A stretch of DNA of 64,000 nt from Nitrososphaerales archaeon (GCA_030038075.1 JASHPO010000091.1:571-64570), one strand, 5' to 3'; shown: positions 49,742 through 59,848, numbered from the stretch's first letter. Numbers and translations are program-made. The notes: a model not told the origin generated them from the sequence alone.

Positions 49742-49884
49742 TCATTGAAAACAATAGGGGACCCCCTAGGAGGGGGATCGAAGCTAGCTAATGTCTTTCG
49801 AGTCATGGCAGGTCTTTGGTACAGGTCTTTTGTTCAGGTCTCCCATCTCGTCAAACGTCGAGTTTCCTCTCGGATGTTTTCGCC
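49742..49884 (+). repeat. Conserved non-coding element, copy A
   Basis: Inverted match to 57989-58134; 41 bp identical (49818-49858 = reverse complement of 58019-58059). Confidence 0.85.
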
Positions 49885-49960
49885 CTATGTTATGGGAAAA
49901 TGTTTCGAGAGTGCCGCAATTGATAACGATTAATAGTATGATAGCTCAATAAGAAAGCAA

Positions 49961-50242
49961 ATGAGCGCAATATCAGCCATAGTCCCGATAATCCTCCTAT
50001 TCGCTGACGGCCTTATCTTCGGCGTCGCGGCGAAAAAGGGAGTAATGTCCGCAATACTCATAATCGTCGGCCTGATTCTCGCAGGTGCAATCGGACTGAC
50101 AATTCCGTTCCTCACGACGGCAAACATCTGGAGCCACGTCGTCAACATAGCCACTTCCCAGGCAAAGCACATCGGACCTGTATTCTACACGATGCCGATC
50201 TTCTGGATCATCGGATTTGGAATCGGCCTCTGGAAAGGCTAG
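49961..50242 (+). CDS. Small membrane protein
   Basis: About 3 TM helices; GLIFGVAAKKG; GFGIGLWKG end. Confidence 0.7.
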   Translation: MSAISAIVPIILLFADGLIFGVAAKKGVMSAILIIVGLILAGAIGLTIPFLTTANIWSHVVNIATSQAKHIGPVFYTMPIFWIIGFGIGLWKG

Positions 50243-50277
50243 CTTTACATATTTAGCCGCTACGCCTCATTGAAAAG

Positions 50278-50595
50278 ATGCGCCACCCCGTCACCGATAT
50301 CGCGCTGCTCGCTTACATCGCCAAGAAAAACGCGCGGGTGGTTAGTTATACGGAAGCTACGAAGGCTTGCAAGAGCAGCAGCTCAGCTTCAAGGGCGCTC
50401 CACCAGCTCATAGGCGAGGGACTTATAGAACCCAAGCCGAAATTACAGGGACTGCGCTACGTCACGCAGTACGTGGTAACTCCACGCGGAAGGCAGGTCG
50501 CAGAACTCGCGCTACAGCTGACGCAACTGAGAGAAGCCGCAAGATCAAACTCTGAAGAAGCGCCAAAGGCGGCGAAGAAAGCATCACTTTCTTGA
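50278..50595 (+). CDS. Winged-HTH protein (MarR/HxlR-like)
   Basis: SASRALHQLIGEGLIE...YVVTPRGRQVA. Confidence 0.7.
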   Translation: MRHPVTDIALLAYIAKKNARVVSYTEATKACKSSSSASRALHQLIGEGLIEPKPKLQGLRYVTQYVVTPRGRQVAELALQLTQLREAARSNSEEAPKAAKKASLS

Positions 50596-53262
50596 GACGG
50601 TCTTTTTCAGCACGTAATCGAGTATCCCGCCGCTGGTAAAGTAATCCTTCTCGACAAGAGAGTCAATCCTCACAATCAAGTCAGCCGAGACTTTTTCCCC
50701 GTTCTTCCGGGTAACAGTCAAGCGCGCAGTAGATCCATTCTCCACAGCCGCCTTTATTTCGCTAACGTCGTACGTCTCGCTCCCGTCAAGAGACAAGGAC
50801 TTTACGCTCGCGTCCTTTAGCTGAAGCGGAAGCACGCCCATTCCAACAAGGTTGCTCCTGTGAATTCGCTCGAAACTTTCCGCGATGACCGCCTTGATAC
50901 CGAGGAGCTTCTGACCCTTTGCAGCCCAATCTCTTGAGCTGCCGCTTCCAAATCCCTTCCCTGCGACGACAACTAACGGAACTCCTTCCTCCTGATATTT
51001 CATAGACGCGTCATAAATTGGAAGTACTTCTCCGTCCGGAAAATGCTTTGTCTGCGCCCCCTCGGTACCGCCCATGATTGCATTCTTGATCCTGGGGTTT
51101 GCAAACGTCCCCCTGATCATCACTAGGTGATTCCCTCTTCTCGAACCGTAGGTGTTGAAATCATCTTCCGCAACGCCCTTTGAGAGAAGGTACTTGCCCG
51201 CGACAGATTTCGAGCTGAAAGCTCCCGCCGGAGAAATGTGGTCCGTGGTGACGTAATCCCCGAGGATCAAAAGCGGCCTCGCTGACCTAATATCCGAAAT
51301 CTCCTCTTCGCGCCCCATCCTCTCCTGATAATCGACAAAATAGGGCGGCTGCTGGATATACGTGCTATTTTCGTCCCACTCGTATTGCAGTCCGGTCGGC
51401 GCCTCTAGTTTGTTCCACTCTGAATTCTGGTTGTATACCTGCGCGTACCTTGACCTGAACATATCTTGGCGAATCTTCGTCTCGTATTCGAGTACCTGCT
51501 TGCCCGAGGGCCAGACATCCTTCAAATAAACCGGATGTCCATCTCTATCCTTTCCAAGCTCTTCTCTAGTGAGATCTTTCAAGACACTACCGGCGAGCGC
51601 AAAAGCCACAACCAGCGGCGGCGACATCAAAAAGTTCGCCCGAACGTCCTGATGAATTCTCGCCTCAAAATTTCTGTTACCCGACAGCACGGCAGCGGTC
51701 GTCAGGTTGTTCTCCCTGATTGCCTTGCTCACCGGTTCAGGAAGTGGCCCGCTGTTTCCAATGCAAGTAGTGCAACCGTACCCTACGATTCCGAAACCGA
51801 GCTTGTCCAAGTATTGGAGCAGACCTGTCGCTTTGAGATATTCCGTGACCACCATCGAGCCCGGCGCCATGCTCGTCTTGATCACTCTCGGCACTTCGAG
51901 ACCAAGCTCGACCGCCCTCTTTGCAAGGAGACCGGCCGCAATCATCACGCTAGGATTGCTCGTGTTCGTGCAGCTTGTGATCGCAGCGATGACAATGTCC
52001 CCGTCGGAAAGCGTGTAATCCTTGCCCTCGTAGCTCAGCGCAGCTTTTTTCTTTCCAATCGAGGGAAACGCCTCAGCAAAGTGAGTGCCCACATTTCTGA
52101 GATCAACTCTTTCCTGTGGGAGCGTAGGCCCCGCAACGCTTGTCTCCACATTTGCAAGGTCGATCTCGATTTCCTGCGTGTAATCGATTTGCCCGTCAGC
52201 GGGGACGCCGAACATTTCTTGGGCGATAAAATATTTCTTTACGAGATCAATGTGCGCGTCAGATCTCCCGGTCAACTTCAAGTATCGAAGGGTCTCTTCA
52301 TCCACCGGAAACAGCGACGCGGTTGCGCCGAACTCCGGCGTCATGTTGGAAATCGTTGCTCTTTCCGCGACCGTGAGCGCCTTTACTCCCTCACCGAAAA
52401 ACTCCACGAACGCGTCCACCACTCCTACCTCGCGAAGCTTCTGCGTGACAGTCAGTACTAAATCAGTGGCAGTAACTCCTTCTCTCAGACGACCTGTAAG
52501 ATGCACCCCAAAAACCTTGGGCGTGACGAACGTGACTGGCTGCCCCAATAGCGCCGCCTCTGCCTCGATTCCTCCTACTCCCCATCCGAGGATTCCCAGA
52601 CCGTTGATCATCGGAGTGTGAGAATCCGTTCCAACCAGCGAGTCAGGGTACGCCAGAGTTTTCCCGCCGAGGTCTTGTTGCATCACGACGCTCGCAAGAA
52701 ATTCCAGATTTACCTGATGAACGATTCCAGTGTCAGGCGGCACGAGCTTTAATTTGTGAAACGCCTGCTGGGCCCACTTTAAGAATTTGTAGCGCTCCCT
52801 GTTTCTCTCAATCTCCTTCTCCGCGTTGATCTGAAACGCGGCGCTGCTTCTGAACGCATCAACCTGGATCGAATGGTCTATTACAAGGTCAATAGGAATC
52901 TCGGGCTCTATCACCTTCGGATCCAGTTTCAATGACGCCGCCGCGTCGCGCATTGCAGCAAGATCAACTAGCGCTGGAACGCCTGTCAGGTCCTGCATCA
53001 AAACCCTCCCGACCTTGAACGGTATCTCTCTGTCAGCGGGAGACGGCGCATTCCAGTTGGCAAGAGCTTCAATGTCAGAATCGGTTACGGCCTTCCCGTC
53101 CTTGTTTCGAAGCAATGACTCGAGCAAGATTCGGATTGAAATCGGAAGCCGAGATATTTTTACGCCCAACAGCCTTTGGAGATTGGGAAGAGAGTAATAC
53201 TCGATCCTCTTCCCCGAAATTGTAAATTCATCTACTACATTGACTAACTGAAGGTCTGGCAT
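50584..53262 (-). CDS. acnA: Aconitate hydratase A
   Basis: MQDLTGVP, DHSIQVD, GTDSHT, ITSCTNTSN, GCTTCIGNSG, TDHISPAG, GSSRDWAAKG. Confidence 0.95.
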   Translation of the reverse strand: MPDLQLVNVVDEFTISGKRIEYYSLPNLQRLLGVKISRLPISIRILLESLLRNKDGKAVTDSDIEALANWNAPSPADREIPFKVGRVLMQDLTGVPALVDLAAMRDAAASLKLDPKVIEPEIPIDLVIDHSIQVDAFRSSAAFQINAEKEIERNRERYKFLKWAQQAFHKLKLVPPDTGIVHQVNLEFLASVVMQQDLGGKTLAYPDSLVGTDSHTPMINGLGILGWGVGGIEAEAALLGQPVTFVTPKVFGVHLTGRLREGVTATDLVLTVTQKLREVGVVDAFVEFFGEGVKALTVAERATISNMTPEFGATASLFPVDEETLRYLKLTGRSDAHIDLVKKYFIAQEMFGVPADGQIDYTQEIEIDLANVETSVAGPTLPQERVDLRNVGTHFAEAFPSIGKKKAALSYEGKDYTLSDGDIVIAAITSCTNTSNPSVMIAAGLLAKRAVELGLEVPRVIKTSMAPGSMVVTEYLKATGLLQYLDKLGFGIVGYGCTTCIGNSGPLPEPVSKAIRENNLTTAAVLSGNRNFEARIHQDVRANFLMSPPLVVAFALAGSVLKDLTREELGKDRDGHPVYLKDVWPSGKQVLEYETKIRQDMFRSRYAQVYNQNSEWNKLEAPTGLQYEWDENSTYIQQPPYFVDYQERMGREEEISDIRSARPLLILGDYVTTDHISPAGAFSSKSVAGKYLLSKGVAEDDFNTYGSRRGNHLVMIRGTFANPRIKNAIMGGTEGAQTKHFPDGEVLPIYDASMKYQEEGVPLVVVAGKGFGSGSSRDWAAKGQKLLGIKAVIAESFERIHRSNLVGMGVLPLQLKDASVKSLSLDGSETYDVSEIKAAVENGSTARLTVTRKNGEKVSADLIVRIDSLVEKDYFTSGGILDYVLKKTVSRK

Positions 53263-53278
53263 ACTCAGTTATTCGGCT

Positions 53279-55012
53279 TTACAATATTTCAGCCTTGCCG
53301 GTTACATCTGCACTGAGTCTCGGCGAGCAAACCGCTCCGTCGGAAGCGGAGCCCACGAGCGACGCGTATTTAGCCAGCGCGCCCCACTCGTAATTCGGCT
53401 TTGGTGCTTTCCATTTTGCTCGTCTCTTCGCGATTTCCTTCTCAGAGACAAGGAGATCAATAGTTTGCTTTTCAATGTCGATTAGAACATCGTCTCCTTC
53501 TTGAACCAGAGCAATCGGACCTCCAACCATGGCTTCAGGAGAAACATGCCCGACCATTATGCCGCGCGTAGCACCTGAAAACCTGCCGTCGGTGACTAGC
53601 GCGACCTTTTCGCCGAGGCCCTGCCCGACAATCGCCGCGGTAACCTGAAGCATTTCCCTCATGCCCGGCCCACCCTTTGGACCCTCATACCTGATGACTA
53701 GGATGTCGCCCTTTGATATGCTCTTCTTGTCAACAGCGTCAAAAGCTAATTCCTCCCTGTCGAAGACCCTCGCCCTACCCTTGAACTTCCTGATGTCCAG
53801 TCCGGCCACTTTGACGACAGCGCCTTCGGGAGCAAGCGATCCTCGCAAAATGACGTCGGTTCCCATCGGCCTTATCGGCGAATCAACCGAGCGGACCACG
53901 TCCTGATCCTTGAGAAACTTTGAGGCCCTAACATTTTCCCTGACGGTCTTGCCGGTAATCGTAAGGCAGTCGTCGTGGAGCAGTTTCTTCTCGAGCAGCT
54001 TCTGCATGATCAGGGGAACGCCACCGACTTTGTCGAGGTCGTACATCACGTACTTTCCGCCGGGGCGAAGATCGGCAATATGCGGAACTTTCTTTCGTAT
54101 CCGCTCGAAATCATCCAGGTCCAGTTTAACACCGCTCTCCTTTCCGAGCGCGATCAAGTGCATGATCGCGTTCGTCGAACCTCCAATAGCTTGCAAAACG
54201 CAAATCCCGTTCTCGAACGCCTCGAAAGTTAGAATGTCCCTCGGTTTCAAGTCCTCCATTATCGCATTAAGGACGGTTCGGCCGGTCTCAAAGACTGCCA
54301 GGGCCCTTCTCCCATCAACGGCCGGCGGCGTCGCGCTCCCCGGCAGCGCCAGTCCGAGTGCTTCACTCATGCACGCCATCGTGTTCGCGGTGTAAAGGCC
54401 CCCGCAGGAGCCGGCCCCAGGACAAGACGCGTCTTCCACCTTCTTCAGATCCTCCATGGAAATACGGCCGCTCTCGAAAGCGCCTACAGCCTCGAAGACA
54501 TCCTGTATCGTGACATTCCTTCCGTCAACAACTCCAGGCATTATGGTGCCGCCGTAAACAAACGCGGAAGGCAGGTTTAGCCTCGCCATCGCCATCATCA
54601 TTCCAGGAAGACTCTTGTCGCACCCGGCAATCCCGACGAACCCGTCATACTGGTGCGCCCTGATCATCAATTCCACAGAGTCCGCGATGATCTCCCTGCT
54701 CACGAGAGATGATTTCATCCCCTCCGTTCCCATCGCGATTCCATCGCTCACAGCTATAGTCACAAACTGCCTAGGAGTGCCGCCGGCTACCGCGATCCCT
54801 TCTGAAGCTTTGTTCGCGAGCAAGTTCAGGTGGACGTTGCAGGGAGTCGCCTCATTCCAGGTGTTTGCAACTCCCACGAGCGGTTTCGTAAGATCCAAAT
54901 CGCTGAGGCCCATTGCTTTGTAGTACGATCTGTGGGGCGCGTTTTTTGCCCCCTCGAGAACGGCGGCGCTGGCGAGCTTTCTTTTCTGGGAGGAGACGAG
55001 CTTTTGAGGCAA
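53279..55012 (-). CDS. ilvD: Dihydroxy-acid dehydratase
   Basis: [39 protein letters not shown]. Confidence 0.95.
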   Translation of the reverse strand: MPQKLVSSQKRKLASAAVLEGAKNAPHRSYYKAMGLSDLDLTKPLVGVANTWNEATPCNVHLNLLANKASEGIAVAGGTPRQFVTIAVSDGIAMGTEGMKSSLVSREIIADSVELMIRAHQYDGFVGIAGCDKSLPGMMMAMARLNLPSAFVYGGTIMPGVVDGRNVTIQDVFEAVGAFESGRISMEDLKKVEDASCPGAGSCGGLYTANTMACMSEALGLALPGSATPPAVDGRRALAVFETGRTVLNAIMEDLKPRDILTFEAFENGICVLQAIGGSTNAIMHLIALGKESGVKLDLDDFERIRKKVPHIADLRPGGKYVMYDLDKVGGVPLIMQKLLEKKLLHDDCLTITGKTVRENVRASKFLKDQDVVRSVDSPIRPMGTDVILRGSLAPEGAVVKVAGLDIRKFKGRARVFDREELAFDAVDKKSISKGDILVIRYEGPKGGPGMREMLQVTAAIVGQGLGEKVALVTDGRFSGATRGIMVGHVSPEAMVGGPIALVQEGDDVLIDIEKQTIDLLVSEKEIAKRRAKWKAPKPNYEWGALAKYASLVGSASDGAVCSPRLSADVTGKAEIL

Positions 55013-55066
55013 TCTATTTCACGGAGTTTTTAATCTGGACATGCAATTACCTATAATGGTTATGTC

Positions 55067-55321
55067 ATGACGACGCACCGGATCACAGTCTTGTCGAAAG
55101 AGGGATGCCACTTGTGCGAAAGGGCGATCAGCACTCTGAAGGAACTCTCGGGAGATTTTGTCCTAGAAATAATTGACGTTTCAAAAGACTGTTCGCTTGA
55201 AGAATATCTTCTCAGGATTCCGGTCGTTCTAAAGGACGGCGAGATAGTCTTCGAGGCAGAACAGTTAGCTTTGCTGGATGATTGCAAAAGAAATCTTTCA
55301 AAGCTCGCTTGCAGTACGTGA
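55067..55321 (+). CDS. Glutaredoxin-like protein (DUF836-like)
   Basis: SKEGCHLCE...RIPVV. Confidence 0.8.
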   Translation: MTTHRITVLSKEGCHLCERAISTLKELSGDFVLEIIDVSKDCSLEEYLLRIPVVLKDGEIVFEAEQLALLDDCKRNLSKLACST

Positions 55322-55370
55322 CCCAATTTCTTTTATCCGAGAAAATCGCCCGTTTGAGACAAGTTCAGTC

Positions 55371-56648
55371 TTGACAGACAGCCTCTCAGTAAAGGACAAT
55401 CGCACCGGAAAACAGTACGAAATTCCGATTGCTGAAGATGCGATAAGAGCTGCGGAGCTAAGAAAGATCAAGGTCTCAGATTCCGAGCTCGGCGTGCTGT
55501 CTTATGATCCGTCACTTGCAAACACCGCATCATGCCGTAGCAAGATCACCTTCATCGACGGCGACGCGGGGATATTGAGATACCGCGGCTATCCGATCGA
55601 AGAGATTGCCGAGAAAAAGGAATACCTCGAAGTCGCCTACCTCCTGATCAACGGAGAGTTCCCCTCGAAGGGCGAGTACGAGACGTGGTCCAAAAATATC
55701 ACCTACCACACGAACGTCCACGAGAACGTCAAAAAGTTCATGGACGGCTTTCACTACGACGCGCATCCTATGGGAATGCTCGTTAGCTCCGTCGCGGCGC
55801 TTTCGACTTTCTACCCTGACGCGAAGCAGATTTTCCAGGAACAATCAAGGCAGCTCCAAATTTACAGACTCGTTGGAAAAATCCCGACTCTGGCAGCCTT
55901 CGCGTACCGGCACTCGCAGGGAATGCCCTACAACTATCCGAGAAACGATCTCTCGTACTCCGAGAATTTCCTCTCGATGATGTTTCGCCCGCCCGGGTAC
56001 TCGCCCTACCACCCCGATCCAGTGCTCGCAAAGGCCTTGAACGTGCTTTTCATCCTGCACGCAGACCACGAGCAAAACTGCAGCTCGACCGCCATGAGAG
56101 TCGTCGGCAGCTCGCACGTCGATCCTTTCAGCGCGGCCGCCGCAGCAATCGCCGGATTGTACGGACCCCTGCACGGCGGGGCGAACGAAGAGGTCGTGAG
56201 GATGCTCGAGGAGATCGGCTCGAAGGAAAAGGTGCCGGAAATAATAAGACAGGTGAAAGAGGGAAAGAGGCTTCTCTTCGGCTTTGGACACCGCATATAC
56301 AAAAATTACGACCCGCGAGCGCAAATAATCAAAAAGATGGCGGACAACGTCTTCGGCGTAACGGGGAAAAACAGTCTCCTCGAAATCGCGCTCGAACTTG
56401 AGAAAACGGCCCTTTCGGATGACTATTTCATAAAGAGAAAATTGTATCCCAACGTCGACTTTTACTCCGGCCTGATTTATCAGGCGATCGGGCTCCCAGT
56501 TGAAATGTTCCCCGTCGTTTTCGCGATAGCGAGAATGTCCGGCTGGCTCGCGCAGTGGCAGGAGATGCTGCTCGACTCCGAGCAAAAGATTGCGAGGCCG
56601 CGGCAGATCTACACCGGCTATGCCGAGCGGCACATCGACAGCAAATGA
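55371..56648 (+). CDS. gltA: Citrate synthase, long bacterial type
   Basis: DNRTGKQYEIPI, NTASCRSKITFIDG, HADHEQNCS, GPLHGGANE, YPNVDFYSG; TTG at 55371 chosen. Confidence 0.92.
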   Translation: MTDSLSVKDNRTGKQYEIPIAEDAIRAAELRKIKVSDSELGVLSYDPSLANTASCRSKITFIDGDAGILRYRGYPIEEIAEKKEYLEVAYLLINGEFPSKGEYETWSKNITYHTNVHENVKKFMDGFHYDAHPMGMLVSSVAALSTFYPDAKQIFQEQSRQLQIYRLVGKIPTLAAFAYRHSQGMPYNYPRNDLSYSENFLSMMFRPPGYSPYHPDPVLAKALNVLFILHADHEQNCSSTAMRVVGSSHVDPFSAAAAAIAGLYGPLHGGANEEVVRMLEEIGSKEKVPEIIRQVKEGKRLLFGFGHRIYKNYDPRAQIIKKMADNVFGVTGKNSLLEIALELEKTALSDDYFIKRKLYPNVDFYSGLIYQAIGLPVEMFPVVFAIARMSGWLAQWQEMLLDSEQKIARPRQIYTGYAERHIDSK

Positions 56649-56676
56649 AATATGCACGTGATCTTCGTTTAATACT

Positions 56677-57021
56677 ATGATAAACAAGATAACGTCGTTC
56701 GCGGTCGTCGTGCGCGACGAGAAAGCTTCGGCAAAGTGGTTCAAGGAGAAACTGGGCTTTGAGGTAAAGTCGAGCGACGGGCACTGGGTCACTGTCGCCC
56801 CCAAGGGCGCTCGAGGTCCTGTCCTGCATTTGTGCAAGACAAAGCCGCTCGAAAAGGGAAACACCGGAATCGCTTTTCTCACCAAAGATCTGGAAAAAGA
56901 ATATGAGATTCTCTCCAAAAAGGGAGTAAAGTTTACCGTAAAGCCCCGAGACGACGGCTGGGGTTTGTACTCGATGTTCAAAGACCCTGACGGGAACGTC
57001 TTTTGGCTCATGCCCGACTAG
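56677..57021 (+). CDS. VOC/glyoxalase family protein
   Basis: WFKEKLGFEV...KGVKF...FKDPDGN. Confidence 0.88.
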   Translation: MINKITSFAVVVRDEKASAKWFKEKLGFEVKSSDGHWVTVAPKGARGPVLHLCKTKPLEKGNTGIAFLTKDLEKEYEILSKKGVKFTVKPRDDGWGLYSMFKDPDGNVFWLMPD

Positions 57022-57803
57022 ATCGACATTAAAAATTCGTTCAGGTGCCGGTTAAAGTCCGCCGGCCTCTCGATCATAGGAAGGTGCGATGCGTCCCTGA
57101 TGACGACGAACTTTGCCTTTGGGATGTTTTCCTTGAGATACACCGACCACGGCACCGGCGACATCTTGTCCTCTTCGCCGGCGATTATCAATATGGGGAG
57201 ACTGATTGATCTTAGCTTCTGCCTTACGTCGAAGCTGTTGCAGGCGTCGAAATCCGCGGCCGCGACCATGCTGTCGCACTTTAGAATTTCGTTCGTGACA
57301 AAGCGAATCGTGTCGAGGTTTGTCTTTGAGGAAAACTGCCTCGGGCCTACAACGGTTTTTACGGTCTCCTCGAACCTTGCCCTAAGACCTTCCCTGATGG
57401 ACGGCAGTATGCCAAGCTTCGCGCCGGCGGAGACTATGACAGCTCCCTTCAGGTTGTCGCAGTGCTCTATCACGTTCATTAGAGCTATTGCTCCTCCCAA
57501 AGAGTGCCCGACTACGATCGCCTTTTCGGGGCAGGTCTTTTTGATAAACTCGGAGACGATTTCCGAATAGGATTTTACGAGTATCTCGCCTTCTATCGGC
57601 TCTGACTTGCCGTGGCCCGGGAGATCTACTGTTATGATTCTGTACCTGTCGGAGAGGGGCTTTTGCTGGTTCCAGAATGAAGAGTTCTCGCACGCGCCGT
57701 GGACGAAGACGACCGATTTCCCGCGGCCCCCTTCTTCATAAGCCACGGATTTTCCCCTGATTTTGATCGAGGGCACCATCGTCGTTTTTTCTTCTACCCT
57801 CAT
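57018..57803 (-). CDS. Alpha/beta hydrolase
   Basis: VFVHG, DLPGHGKS, GHSLGG, GEED, ASH. Confidence 0.9.
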   Translation of the reverse strand: MRVEEKTTMVPSIKIRGKSVAYEEGGRGKSVVFVHGACENSSFWNQQKPLSDRYRIITVDLPGHGKSEPIEGEILVKSYSEIVSEFIKKTCPEKAIVVGHSLGGAIALMNVIEHCDNLKGAVIVSAGAKLGILPSIREGLRARFEETVKTVVGPRQFSSKTNLDTIRFVTNEILKCDSMVAAADFDACNSFDVRQKLRSISLPILIIAGEEDKMSPVPWSVYLKENIPKAKFVVIRDASHLPMIERPADFNRHLNEFLMSI

Positions 57804-57988
57804 GGCAGAAACATCCTTGACAAGTGGTAAAACGATTTCTTCGCGGCGCTTATCAATCTAGTGTTTCTGGCCTGCTTTGACTTTGAGAATAGACATCTCT
57901 ACACTGTATTTTTGTGAAAATGCGACAAAAGGGAAACGAGCTGCTTTGCAACCTCAAACATGATCATTTTTTCCTAGAAATTCTCAAC

Positions 57989-58134
57989 GGCAAAAACATC
58001 CTCCAGATCAAAAACTCAACGTTTGACGAGATGGGAGACCTGAACAAAAGACCTGTACCCGAGACCTGCCCTAACTAGAGAGACAATAGCTAGCTCCCCC
58101 CTCCCCCTAGGGGGTACCCCCTCATTTTCAATGA
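57989..58134 (-). repeat. Conserved non-coding element, copy B (inverted)
   Basis: On the minus strand: tcattgaaaa...gggggtaccccctaggggg...agctagcta...3x caggtct...cccatctcgtcaaacgt. Confidence 0.85.
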
Positions 58135-58396
58135 CATTTTGTAAGAAGACAATTCGGATGTTACAAATATTGCAGCTCGTGAAATTTTTCGAGGCGGGGG
58201 TGGTAAAGGTACGAAGGTACGGCGCGGCAGCTTGGGTCATTAGGGCATACGTAAGCGTCCGACCGGGGGTTATAAGTGCTATGTAAATTAATTAACTGTT
58301 TAACTGATTAACTGAACGACTTTGACAAAGGATATTAGTCTCAATGGCAACTACTGACTGGCTTTTTGAGCCAACTCCTTTCAATCAGATCTTGAT

Positions 58397-59848
58397 TTGA
58401 AGATGAAAGCTGTCGTTCTCGCCGCCGGTGAGGGTACGAGGCTGAGGCCCTTGACTTTTGACTACCCAAAGCCGATGATTCCTGTCGGACCTGTCCCCAC
58501 AATACAATACGTTATTTCACATATTTCCAGAGTGGGCATTGCGGATATAGTGATAATCGTCGGGTACAAGGGAAACCAGATCATGAGCTATTTGGGAGAT
58601 GGCGCAAAGTTCGGGCTTCGTATAACCTACGCGGTAAAGCCCGATAAATTTCTCTGCGGGACCGCCGGGAGCCTCAAGCTGATCGAGCACTTGCTGGACG
58701 ACACGTTTCTCGTAGCACAATCGGATACGTTGAGCGAGATTCCACTTGGAGAGGCAATCGCTTTCCATCAAAAGAGCCGTGCCTATGCTACAGTGGTACT
58801 AACCAGAGTTCAAGACCCCACCGGATTCGGAGTAGCAGTTCTCGACGGCAAAGGGGAGATTACGGAATTTCAGGAAAAACCAAAACCGGGGGCGGCGAAA
58901 AGTAACCTTGTGAGCACCGGTTTCTACGTGCTCGAGCCCGAGGCGCTTGATTACGTTGAAAGTGAGACTTTTGATTTCGCGGGAGACCTGTTTCCTCACC
59001 TTCTCAAGCTTCGCAAGAGGATTTCGGGCTTTGCTTCGGATGCTTTCTGGGTGGATATCGGGACTCTGGAAGGCTACCTTCGTGGAACAAAATGGGCGCT
59101 GGACGGGCTTGCGCGGGCTCCATTTGCCAATTTGAGGGCCATTGATACGTCGAATCAGATAATCCTGGCGGGGGACGCGCAGGTTCATCCTGGTGCTCAA
59201 TTGATTGGTCCGGCGCTGATAGAGGAAGGGGCAGTTATCGAGGAAGGTGCGAGGATCGGGCCGTATTCCGTGGTCAAGAAAAATGCCCAAGTCTCTGGAG
59301 GTACGATAATCGAAAGGAGCGTCGTACTTGAGAGGGCGAGGATTGGACGGGAGTGCAACGTCTTCGACAGTGCGATCGGGCAATCTGCGCTACTGTGGGA
59401 AAATGTCACCGCCAGAGGATCGATAGTGGGGCCGGGAAGCGTGATAGGGGATCGAGCTAACCTGCTGGAAGGCAGCAGGATCTGGCCGAACGTACATGTA
59501 GCAGTGGCTCAAACCGTGAGCGGAATAATCTTCGCGCCGCTCGAAGAATCTTTTCAATTTTACACGTCGCTCGGTCAGTACACGGGCATCACCGCATCTA
59601 CCGCGAGCGGCTTCATAGAAGCGCTCGAAAAAGCGCCAATCCAATCGATCGAGTTCCACGCGAAGAGGCGAGACTTCGAAAAATGGGTGAGGGGAGTACT
59701 CGAATCAAACGAACTGGCGGATGAAATCGAAGCTATTCGGAGAAAAGCCGTGATGGAGGAGGAGCTGCGAGCGGACCTCATAAGCGTGACCAAAAAATGG
59801 GCCGAGGAGGTCTCGACTCCGAGAATCGCAGTGACCCAAGCGAGCTAG
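58397..59848 (+). CDS. NDP-sugar pyrophosphorylase (Man-1-P guanylyltransferase-like) with hexapeptide repeats and a C-terminal DUF5752-like domain
   Basis: LAAGEGTRLRPLT...PKP, GTAG, EKP, WVDIG; C-terminal FQFYTSLGQYTG...SIEFHAKRRDFEKWV. Confidence 0.85.
   Translation: MKMKAVVLAAGEGTRLRPLTFDYPKPMIPVGPVPTIQYVISHISRVGIADIVIIVGYKGNQIMSYLGDGAKFGLRITYAVKPDKFLCGTAGSLKLIEHLLDDTFLVAQSDTLSEIPLGEAIAFHQKSRAYATVVLTRVQDPTGFGVAVLDGKGEITEFQEKPKPGAAKSNLVSTGFYVLEPEALDYVESETFDFAGDLFPHLLKLRKRISGFASDAFWVDIGTLEGYLRGTKWALDGLARAPFANLRAIDTSNQIILAGDAQVHPGAQLIGPALIEEGAVIEEGARIGPYSVVKKNAQVSGGTIIERSVVLERARIGRECNVFDSAIGQSALLWENVTARGSIVGPGSVIGDRANLLEGSRIWPNVHVAVAQTVSGIIFAPLEESFQFYTSLGQYTGITASTASGFIEALEKAPIQSIEFHAKRRDFEKWVRGVLESNELADEIEAIRRKAVMEEELRADLISVTKKWAEEVSTPRIAVTQAS

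Noticed and set aside
49745..49933. ORFs 49745-49933 (+) and 58016-58240 (-) sharing YRSFVQVSHLVKR
   Set aside because: The similarity follows from the DNA repeat. Starts and stops differ, the core has no synonymous changes, and the conserved parts are palindromes and repeats, so I treat it as non-coding.
51466..57011. Long antisense ORFs such as 51466-52461 and 55845-57011
   Set aside because: They lie opposite acnA and gltA, have no motifs, and are expected in GC-rich coding DNA.
49742..58134. Replication origin (ORB) interpretation of the G-rich inverted elements
   Set aside because: No TCCA...GAAAC ORB consensus, no cdc6/orc1 nearby, and the copies are 8 kb apart.
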